A DNA stretch of 64,000 bases. Source: Paragordius varius. Lineage: Eukaryota; Animalia; Nematomorpha. Shown here piece after piece: positions 13,201-23,400 of the stretch (position 1 is its first letter; each line of letters begins with the position of its first letter). Under the pieces are notes generated by a model that did no database searches, was not told the DNA's origin, and was given only the letters and a program-made list of their open reading frames with translations. The translations under genes were made by a program, and so were the position numbers. The stretch is from contig OZ176052.1 in the NCBI GenBank assembly GCA_964247055.1, positions 8,928,001 through 8,992,000 of the forward strand, given 5' to 3'.

Positions 13201-13612
13201 TTGTATAGCTTCTTCATATATGTTTGAAATAAATGTTTTTTGATCTTGATCTCTTCAATAAATAAAATAATATACCTAATATCTCACAATGCTTCGAAGG
13301 GGAATTAACAGTTTTAACGACATCATTAACCATTTTTTTCGTCAAAGTAACAAAATCATTTTTACAGCCAGAAAAATCAACAACTTCGGATAGTTCTTCT
13401 TTTTCAAATAAACGCCGACAGCTTTTAGGATGTTCTTCAAAACGCCTTTGTGGATTTTTACGCAAAGAACGCGTTATTAGATCTTCTTTCTTTGCCAATT
13501 TTTTTTCGCTTTTAGATAATCTTGATAACTTCTCAGATTCATGTTTAATTACATTATTTAACTCAATCAAATTAATTTGCAGCTTTTTAATTTCTCTCTC
13601 AAAATTTGTCAT
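1225..13612 (-). CDS. ORC1: Origin recognition complex subunit 1 (AAA+ and winged-helix), 11 exons, ~686 aa, no BAH domain
   Basis: Exons 5'->3': 13612-13276, 13250-13199, 13173-13072, 6111-5943, 5518-5102, 4702-4472, 3744-3499, 2857-2753, 2638-2538, 1854-1730, 1400-1225. All introns are GT-AG and all phases are compatible; total 2,061 nt ending in TGA. Spliced motifs: IYEEAIQSLHPSSLPKDIPCR, MYVSGVPGTGKT (Walker A), VNGMKL, ILFVDELD (Walker B), YNLFDWP, VANTMDLPE, SRLGLNRLTFQPY, ARKVAALTGDARKALEICRR, QRVRLN. YNLFDWP and ANTMDLPE match ORC1 rather than CDC6. Confidence 0.93.
6206..6479. mobile_element. hAT (Charlie-like) MITE in ORC1 intron 3
   Basis: Imperfect TIRs (g)AGTGGTTCCCAA at 6206 and TTGGAAACCACTG ending at 6479. 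The 8-bp flanks tcctatat / atctaaat match at 5 of 8 positions, and the right flank fits the NTCTANAN target preference of Charlie-type hATs. Confidence 0.55.
6970..7325. mobile_element. Foldback/MITE with inverted arms built from ~21-bp subrepeats (cgaacaattcaaatttaccct) and an internal ~62-65-bp tandem duplication
   Basis: The arm at ~6970-7022 is the reverse complement of ~7252-7325. ctaatataactcattattaatatgaaat...ggcatggtttattattttt occurs twice (~7041-7170). Confidence 0.5.
7691..7835. mobile_element. Palindromic (hairpin) MITE
   Basis: tatggcataaaacattattagtccataaaagaataa at 7691 has a perfect reverse complement ending at 7835 (36 nt, extending imperfectly to ~50 nt). Confidence 0.7.
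8329..8438. repeat. Degenerate 55-bp tandem repeat, 2 copies
   Basis: Similar units start at 8329 and 8384 (tgtaaatgcttttacctaaatactgtaatattgaaccttatgcaaa...). Confidence 0.6.
10017..10300. repeat. Near-identical 143-bp tandem duplication inside the left TIR
   Basis: aaatggttattcaattactgctattaatataaaataatacgcagctgcg... starts at 10017 and again at 10160. Confidence 0.9.
11020..11488 (+). pseudogene. DDE_3 (IS630/Tc1-type) transposase catalytic-domain remnant with a putative 22-nt intron and a 1-nt frameshift
   Basis: GWTLFNRP...WCYAPIG...FQR | intron 11124-11145 | GKNVSLLC, then the downstream ORF 11165-11488 with IIVCDNAPIHK and LVFLPPYSPQLNPIENLF, which are typical second- and third-acidic-residue motifs. 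Confidence 0.8.
11502..11660. mobile_element. Palindromic MITE nested in the Tc1-like element
   Basis: ~60-bp inverted arms ataacatttgttaaaatccgtattataacgataaaggataattaaatagaatttaatgaaa with about 2 mismatches. Confidence 0.75.
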
Positions 13613-14427
13613 AACTTGAAAATTATTTTTTAAATTATTTCATTTTTAAGTTCGGTTTAAGCATGGTAAGTTTGCCTATGATAGATCTACCTAGAGGAGG
13701 AACCCTACAGAAACCCAAACATGTGGTAAAAAATTTAAGTTTAATTTAAAGGATAAAAGGAATCTAAAACAGATTCAAAAATCACGCATTAAACGAAATG
13801 TCACTCAGGAAGATAGCTTCCAACGCATGTTTGGCCGTTTCGATAAAATAAATTATAAGGTAAATAAGTAAAATTCTATATAATCCAGTCCTTGTGTATT
13901 GGAATGAAATTTCTTGGCATCATAAAAGCTATTCACGATTATGAAATGAAAATTACGTTGCCAGGTCGGTTGATTGGGACCTTACCTATTACACAAATTT
14001 CTCAAAGCTTCAATACAATCCTTAAATCATATACTGGACGTACTGATGTGGAAGAAGTTTATTATAGTTTAATTTAATTTTTACAGGACTATATTAAACT
14101 CCGTAATAATTTTATCGTTGGTCAATGGTTACAAGTCCAAATAATAGATATCCAACTTAAGGGGAATAACAAACACACTTTTATTTTATCATGTAGACCT
14201 GATATTCTCAATTCATCTTTATCGATTAAAGATATCCATAAAAATTTGGTATTGTATTTTTGTGTAATATTAAGATCCTAAATTGTGCCATATCTACCAT
14301 AGAAGATTACGGGTATACATTAGAAACGGGTCTTTCTGTAAAAGCGTTTCTCAACGATAAGTTTGCCAAAAAATACCTCAAATTTTGGAACAAGGGTACA
14401 CTTAATTTTTTTAAGTCATTTTAATAG
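13174..14427. other. Cluster of seven tiny spliceosomal introns (25-32 nt)
   Basis: ORC1: 13251-13275 (25 nt) and 13174-13198 (25 nt). RRP5: 13726-13751 (26), 13860-13888 (29), 14057-14086 (30, contains in-frame TAA), 14249-14274 (26), 14396-14427 (32). All are GT...AG and each must be removed to keep the conserved reading frame. Confidence 0.88.
13613..13662. promoter_or_regulatory. 50-bp spacer between divergent ORC1 and RRP5 start codons (bidirectional promoter / overlapping 5' regions)
   Basis: ORC1 ATG is at 13612-13610 (minus) and RRP5 ATG at 13663 (plus). An in-frame TGA lies upstream of the ORC1 ATG. No core promoter motif can be assigned reliably in this AT-rich DNA. Confidence 0.7.
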
Positions 14428-17400
14428 GTATTAAATTAAATGTTGGTCAACATATTCCTTGCAGAATTTCGGAAAAACCCAAGGATATGAATCAAAAATA
14501 TATGAAAGTTGCCGTTTATGATGGTATAACAATTAATGATGACTCGTCTTCCAATTTTAATATGGTATATAATCATATAATGATAAATGTATAATTTTTC
14601 TAATTCAAAACTGTTAATTAATTTAAATGATGAAACCGAAAATTGTTTTGTTACTGTTAATCAAAAGTTTCTTATCCTTAATAAATATCTAATTTGATAT
14701 TTTTTAAAAAGAGATAAAAGTATAATGTTATTGGCTAATATGTAATTATGAAAGATCAAATATTATTTGAAAATTCTACAAGAATCAATTGACTTTATTA
14801 AATTTACATCACCCTTTTTATTGTCTAAATTTGAAACTTTCTTTTCTGAAATTTTTTTATCATATTCGTATATTTAGTTATGCAAAAATGTTCGCCTTGA
14901 ATTATCAAAACTTGAGCCAGAATCGGTGGATGCATTTTTACCTGGTTCAATCATAAGTGTAACCATTACACAAAAATATACTTCAAAATGTATTATAGCC
15001 AATACAGCCAAATCGAACAGTGAAAGTTTTATATTTATTTTATTTATTTTACTATAAACTTGACAATTTTTTAAATTAATTTTATTTTTTATAAATAATC
15101 AAGATTAAATGTTACAACTTTATAGTAATTTTTTTAAAACGTATACTTATAGAGACATTAATGTCAATATTTTTAAATTTTCCAAGTCTAATATATTTTT
15201 TGTAACTTTTTAATTCTTAATTATACTTTTATATAATATTCTTTAAAAGTTATGCTAAAATTAATAGTAAATCCTACTCACAATAACATTGATGAGGGCA
15301 AATATGTTACGGGTTATGAAGTGTGTAGCACCAAATTTGGAAACAAAGGATATATGTCCTCAAACCTATCTAATCCATTTGGTTGGACACCTTTTTTGGG
15401 TTCTTCACAATTGGGTTTTATTTTAACTATTTTTTCTCACACCTATTTTAATGATTTTTTGTATGGAATAACTTTTATTGATTTATGACATATTTTCAAT
15501 GTTTTTTTATTATATTTGAGAGTTCTGAACTATTTTTAATTATGAAAATCCTTTTATGGTTTTTTTATCTCTTAGTATATATATTTCTTTTGTCATTTTG
15601 ATGGTTTTTGCCATTTTTGTTGTTTTACGATAAAAAATTTAGTATTGATTTTGACCTATTCTCATTTTATAAATCAATCATTTTGCATTACATATTTAAC
15701 TCAACAAAAATTTTTTTAACGTTTTGTAAGATTGCATACTTTAAAGAAATTTTATCATATTATTTAGTTAAATTTAAATATATGTCAAGTTTTTTTTAGA
15801 TTTATTTGGGTGTGAATAACGAAATTATTGTTAACTTTTGAGTATCTTTTTGATCTTTTTTATATATTAATTATATTTTTTTATACTAAAAACCAAATGG
15901 TAAATAAATAAACTTTTTCCTAGATATTTCCAATATTTTTGAATTTGTTTAAAACAATAATCCAGTTTCCAAAGTTATTACTTTAATAAAATTATATTTT
16001 TAAATTCTTTATAGATGATAATACAGTACACGGAAAAAATCTAATAATGTCTGCCATTTTGATCAATTTATATGGCAGTAAAATTGTCAAAAAAATTCAA
16101 GAGGACACCAATCCTCAAAACAATAAGCAACTTGAAAAGGACCAAGAAGAAAAAGGGAGAAAAACTAAAAAAATAAAATTAGCATCCTCTGAAAATACTT
16201 CTAATTCTTTCTTGCAATCATTAAATACTCATAATAACGTGCATTTTACACCTGGTCAAATTGTGTTTCCTTGTGTCATAACGTATGTCAACCCGATAAC
16301 TAAGGTAGTTTTTTGCTTATATATAATATTACATGCATTTAATTGAATTTTATCTTTGACAGTTTCATTGGAGGGTCATTTGTTCGGTCCGCTTATACAA
16401 AATATTTAAAAAAGTTTTAACTTATGCGTGGTCAATATATAAAATTATTGAAAATGTTAGTTTTGTCTGTTAATAATTATAACGTCATGAACACTAATAA
16501 AAATAATTTAATATTCCGCTGTTTTTTATTTTGTTAGAATATATATTTGATTATGGTATAAATTGACTAAATAAATGTTTATAAATTCTAATCATAAGTA
16601 GTCGCATTAGTTATCATCATGATAAAAAATCAACACTTAGTGCATGTATTGGATTTCGGGATAAAATTGTTATATAAAATCATTGATTAAAATATCTCTA
16701 TTTATTTTAAAGTAATTTATTTGGATTTATTCATAATCTTTATGATCTTTTTTTTTAATGATATAATTTATATACAGACATTTGCTGTCTCCATAAGTCC
16801 ACACTTGCTACAAACTATTCTTATGCCAATGCGTTGTGGACTTGAAACATTTACATATAATATATGCATACCTCGGCCCATTATTTCTCCCCTAAATAAT
16901 GAAGTTAAATTGTTTGATTTAAGTAAATCAAAACGTATTGTCCAACTTAAACAAGCTTTGAATCGGGCTAAAGGCCGTATATTTTTACAGGCTCGTGTCA
17001 TGAATGTGATTAAAACGAAATATTTTGTCCATCCACAACCGGATGACCTGTTGGAGAAACATGGTATATAACAGCTATTCTAATGTTTTTCCTTTAATTA
17101 AGAGGAGAAGTTATTTACAATTACGCTGTCCTCTAAATGCAGCCCGCGAGAAAAATTTAAAAAATGAATAGGAAATTTTATAACAATGCCATTTACAAAA
17201 TCTGAATAAAAAACAAATTTTAAATAATAAATATGTCAATCTTGAAACCAGAGGGATTTTAATTTATTCAATATGTTTAAATTTTGTGCGGATTTATAAA
17301 AGTTATTATACTGCCAATCTATGATAATTTCTTATGGTTGTGTAACAGTAAAATTTATATAAAATTTTGATTTTTGCTCAAAATTAGGTTTGAATTAAAT

Positions 17401-20400
17401 AGTATATATTTGATACTTCTTTTTTTATCAATTTTTTACTATCCTTAATTGTTTTTATTCACGATTTCCGTATTTTGTCTCACCGCTATAGATTTAAAAG
17501 ATAAAAATGTTTCTGCCGTCGATATAATTAACAAAAGAACTGCTCAAACGTACAAATATCAAGTGTATTGTGCCTTACCCATTAAAATAGTTTCGGAGAA
17601 TATAAATAATAATAATATAAAAATTATAACAACGAATAATGATATTATTACACAAAATAACGGTAATGACATAATTTATCTTTATGGATTTGGGGAATGG
17701 CATGTTGATTATCAATGTCCACTTGAAAAACTTCATCAAAATGAATCACTTACAGTAATAAATGATAAAAATATTTTATATTTTTAGTTTTTTTACATAA
17801 CTTAACGTTTGGGATTAAAATTAGGAATAGAGATTCATTTCTTAATTGTAATCATAAAGGTTATGTTGAGAAAAATTGATAAGTATGGGGACTTCTTTTT
17901 CATTAAAAATTTAAAGACCTAATATAAAGCTAAAACTCTTTTTTAAAAAACAACCATATTTTTTAAACCTTGATTTATCTATATTATATCGTATCTTTTT
18001 GGGCCGCAAAATGAGGAATAGATTTATATTGCTAACACCATATTATATATTTCATCACAACTGTAATCATAAAGGTTTTATCGGAAAAATCAAGATTAAA
18101 AAATATGGTTCTCTTAATGAATAATTTTGTCTCTTAGTTTTACCCCTTAAAATATTAATTTTTACTGTATAATCGATTAGAATATAAAAGAAAATGATGA
18201 AAACAGCAGCAAAACCACCCCTGATAAAATAATGCTTAAGCCAATTAAAAAACAAAAGTTAACAAAAACAACCACAAAACCGAATAAAAAGACGGCTAGG
18301 AAACACAGTGTTAAAATTGGAGATTCAATTCCTTGTCGGATTTTAGATTATGATCTTATGTTAGGATGTGCCATACTTGATTTCGATGATTCTAAAGGAC
18401 AATTATCTAGACCATTTGCCATAACGGAGGACCCTACAATGGCTACTGCTAAGAAATCTTTAGAAGGTAATTTTTTTGCATGTATATAAAAAAAGCTCTT
18501 AAAAGAAACATATATAATTTTAAGCACTTGAGTTTTGATTTTAGGCTTACATTCTGTTTTCTTAGAAATTTATTATAGAAATAGATAAAATTTTTATTTT
18601 TTGAGTGTAGTAAATCCATTTTAATTAACTTTAATATTAAGTATAATGAATTGTGAGAAACATGAAATATGGATAAAACAAATTTATATCTCTCTATGAA
18701 TCCAGAAAAGATTTTCCATAGTAACCAAATAATTTAATCTTTATTTTAATATAATATTACTAACCATTATTTTTGCCCCGTAAAAAAAGTTGAAATCAGC
18801 AAAAAGCCTTACAAAACCGAATTTCCACTCAAAAAATGTGCCGAAATTGAAAAGTGGATATATCCGCCCTCCAAAGTTGTGGAAGAATGGCGAACATATG
18901 ATAATGTTATGATTGGTGCAATAATACCTGAATGTCGTGTCTTGCGGTATTGTAATGAAGCCTTAACAACTCTATCTAATAGCAATAATGGTAACATTTT
19001 GAAAAAAAAATATTTATTATAAATGAAATTATTTAAATTTTTACAAAATATGGGCATAAAAATTAATTTTTTGAAATGGCAAACATAAAACAATGACATT
19101 AAGCAAAGTATTAAGTTTTTCGTGCAATTTTGAAGACATGGCCTTATTCCATGTAATATATAAAAAAATATTTTTATTTCTTTGGGTACAGAAATGCTTT
19201 AACTTACGAAATCAGCTTCATTCAACATGGAAATTATATATATATATATATATTAAACATGTAAAAAGTAATTGTAAATTATCAAATTTTGAATTATCCC
19301 TTTTAATGGATAATTGGATATTAATTATGTTATGTTAGGTCAAATTCAACCAAACCTATTAACCGGGAGCGGTGTTTTAGTCCAAATAAATGAACATATT
19401 CGTGGTTTCATACCTTTGTTACACCTTTCTGATACGGCTCTTCCTACCGAACTTATTACGTCAAACACTGTCCAGAAGGTTGGGAGCAAAAAACTTCGGA
19501 TTTTACAAAAAGAAATGTCTCGATTGGATAAACATAGACAACGATATTTTGTACCTGGGAAAGTTATTACGTGCCGAGTAAATAATATTATATAAAATTG
19601 TTTAAATTCGGTAAATAATTAGTTAATTAATTTTTTCAAATATTGTAACGATTTTTTCAAAATTTTGTTTTAATTTAATTTTATTAATATTATTTCTTTA
19701 AGTTTATCCAATAAGAAAAATACTAACGCCAATTTTGGATAAAGTTAAATTTAATAAATTTTACGCGAGAATTTAAATTATTATTTTTACCATTTATTTT
19801 CATCTTTACAAACACATTTTTTGGCCTAACACTATGATATTTTTCGAAAAAATGAGTGCATAAATCTATAATTTAAGTATTCACAGATATTAGGACCCTA
19901 ATAACCAATTCTTTGACCTTTTCCCTGTCATAAATATATAACCGTCATTCTTATATTCAATATTAATGAAAAAATCCTCTTATACACATATAGGTTTTAG
20001 ATTGTTGGCCTGATCAAACTCGACTCTTGTTGACACACAAAAAAAGTTTGATAAATTGCCCACATGAACCGCTTCTTATTTCATATGCGCTAGCCAGTAC
20101 TGGTATAGTAACGCGTGGTTACATTGTTAATTATGTGCCTGCCGGGGTTCGAATCGCTTTTTATTGCTCTGTTAAGGGCTTACTCCCCTTGAAAGAATGC
20201 GCTGATATTGATTTACCTGCCTTGAGACAAAAGATTCAAGGTTAAAATCTCTACTTACTTTTTAATTTTATATAAAAAAATTTGGTCATATCTACACCAA
20301 ATAGTTGAAAAAAAAATTTACAACCTACTCTCGCCACAACTTTAAAACACTTAAAAAATCTTTATTAAAAACTGACTGCATTTACACGATTTTTCGGAAT

Positions 20401-23400
20401 CATGTTAACCCACAATTATTCGAAAACCGCATTTTTTCTTCAGGTGGGGGCTAAATCAAGGCTAATATGAAATAAGGGTTTACTCGCTATCATCCATACG
20501 TAAGAGCAATAAAAAAAGTACACTAATAAAATCGAATGGGCCCACACGTTTTCGGTCAAATTTTTAATTTTAAAAGACTTTTTTTACGTTTTTCTTTGAA
20601 CGTCTTTGAGCCCACACTAGTTTGGCAATTTTTTTATCATAAGTTACTGAATTTTTTTATCAGTCTTATTTTGCTTAAAAAAGTTTGTTAATTAATAATA
20701 ATCGACGGTATTATTCTGTACAACCAGCACTAAATATTGTGATATTATTTAACATGAAAGGGCAAACGAGTTTGCATTGTAAAATGGATATAATAATAAA
20801 TTTAAATGTATTCATTTCGAATACTTTCTCGTATGCCGCTTATAACACATGAAAATTATTTTTGGTTTTTATCTAAATATTATTATATTTCATTTTACTT
20901 TTTTCATTACCATCTATATTTATACCAGGCTATCCAATAAAGGCTTCGTGGGCCGCATATATTCATTTATAATTTAGTATATTTCATACATAAGACTGTG
21001 CAATTTCAACGATTTTTCTAGTTCTTGCTAATTATAGAGTGTTATATTAATTTTTATAAGATTTCGCCAGCATATTTTTGCAAATTATGAAGTTCCACAA
21101 TTTTTGCAGGCTACCCATAAAGTCTCGGGGGCCGCGTGTTGAATTTTTGTTTCTACTGTATTTAATTGCGTTTTATTAATTGATTAGGTTTAAATAGAGA
21201 AGAGGAAGGCAAACAAATTGTTCAGGCATTACGAAAGGCTTACCCCTTGGGAAAAGTTTTAACCCTTCAGGTCACATATGTCGACATGGAAAATAAAAGG
21301 CTTTCACTCAAAATGTATTTAGAGAATGGCATCATGGTAATCAAATATTTTTAATAATATAGATTTGGAGTATAGAGTAATTATGATTTATTTTTGGGTA
21401 ATTTTAGGTTAATGTTATATTTTATACTCACTATTACTAAAATTTTTTCTATTAAATTCGCTTTTTTTAATAACCAATTAAAATGATTTATTATATAAAT
21501 ATAATATATTACAACAATAAAAATATTCACATTTATCTATAGGCCAGGAAAGTTGAATCCCAAAACAAGTCTTCACAAGTAGCTACCAATGTTATTTCGG
21601 ATGTAATAGAAAAAGTAGTATTTTTTACATATTTTTATGATATATGCGTCACAAATTAACATATGCTTATTTCTGTAAATTGCCATATTTTTTGTTAAAG
21701 CATTAAAATTTATATATTTTAGTTTGACGAAGGCAAAACTTTGGAAAATGATGGAGAAAACACTCAGGGTATTGATAGGAATTGGATTGGACAAGTTTAT
21801 ATTTTTTACACTTGGTCGTTATTTAAATTGCTATTTGAAAAGTTAATCGAAAAGGATAACCATTACGATAAATTATTTTTTAAATAAATAATTAGTATAT
21901 TTATTTTTTAGCATTACAAATTTTTTTTATTGATATACGATGAAAATATTTTATAATTAAATGATAAATATTTTTTTGCCAGTAAAGTGGTCTTACATTT
22001 CAATAATATTCATTATCTACTTTAATATTTTTTTTAGTTTTTTCATGGAACTATTCATCAATCAATCAAAAGTGGATTCTTAATTAATCTCACACCGTTG
22101 AAAGAAACTGGCACTCATGATTTAGGATCAGATAATGACACAATTCGGGGTATTCTTTATCACAATCTTATATCTGATTTTGGCGATGTTAATGAATTAC
22201 TCCATCAACACTTATACCCTGGTTATACATTTCCACGCATTTTATGCATTGGTTTAACGCCGGATAGCAAACTGGTAGTATTTGCTGAAAATAAGTTTTC
22301 CCGTTTTTTTTATTTAGCATTTTTAAATCGGTATTTTTCTTTTATATTGATAGATTGTTACAAATAAACTGTCATATAAACTCAATATATCACTGAATTC
22401 GGAATCAACTCCTGACAATAATAACCTATTATTAAATGAGTTGGCTTCTATAGTTTCAAATGTTATATTACCTTTTTCTGTTCGCGATATATCTAGCACT
22501 GTCCCTAAACCTAATTTAGCTATTATCGATGACTTACAACTTGATAGTTTTTGCATGGGTATATATATTTAGTTTTATTTTATTAAATTTAAAATTAAAG
22601 TATATATGTATCTGGTGATTTTAATTTCCTATTTGTTAAATTTCTTTAATTTATTTACTCTTAAAATGGCCTATTAAACATATAGGCTTTCCTACAACTT
22701 TTTAATAATTTATCTTTACCTTATATCCCATTAAAGTCGAATAATAATCTTGAAAAATTCCCCATTTTGGATTTTAAACTAACTTTTTGTGAACACTTAA
22801 CAATTTAATTTATTTTTCATTTTAATAAATGAATAATATGATAAAAAAAACTTAGCTTAAAGTATAATTATTTATCTAGTGTTTTCATTTAAACACTTTT
22901 TTGACCAAACAAACACATAAATTTTTTCCGTTTTTAGGATATATACAAGCCATTAAGGAAAATGGTATATATGTTGCTTTCCCGGATTATGACGTTCGTG
23001 GAATTTTATACAAAAAATATTTACCAGCAGCCCTTCAAAAGCTTTTGTACGAAATGCAGGAGGACAAAAATAGCGAAGAAAATAATGTATTTATTAAAGA
23101 TTTACTTAATTTTTAGTTATAAATTATTGATAACCGTTAAATTTTATAAAAATAATTTAAAGGTCGGGTTTTATAATATCTATGATGCTTTTCACCTTGT
23201 ATGAATAAATTTATTTTAATGTCAATCTTAACCAATTTATCTGTATATAATTAAGGTTCATTTCGTTAAATGTGTAAAGATTTAATTTAATAAATATTAA
23301 AAAACATTTTTTATATATATGTAGGTGTTAAATCAATGGAGCCATTTGTTAGGACAAACTATTATTGCTAAAGTAATACGGAAAAACACGGATTCGGAAA

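Noticed and set aside
1225-13612. CDC6 or fused Orc1/Cdc6 identity for the BAH-less AAA+ gene
   Set aside because: The diagnostic motifs (GVPGTGKT, VNGMKL, YNLFDWP, ANTMDLPE, RVRLN) follow ORC1, not CDC6.
14626-14850. C/D-box snoRNA in an RRP5 intron
   Set aside because: The ATGATGA and CTGA boxes are ~220 nt apart with no terminal stem or rRNA-complementary guide recognisable.
15270-15400. Possible piggyBac transposase trace (NIDE...YM..KP)
   Set aside because: Only scattered residues match and frameshifts are needed; indistinguishable from chance.
20560-20595. Third Helitron 3' end (..gagcccacaCTAGT)
   Set aside because: The hairpin is too degenerate and no matching 5' TC terminus was found.
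21543-21568. Possible 26-nt RRP5 micro-exon
   Set aside because: It ends in phase 2, while exons 21200-21336 and 22038-22274 already join in phase 0.
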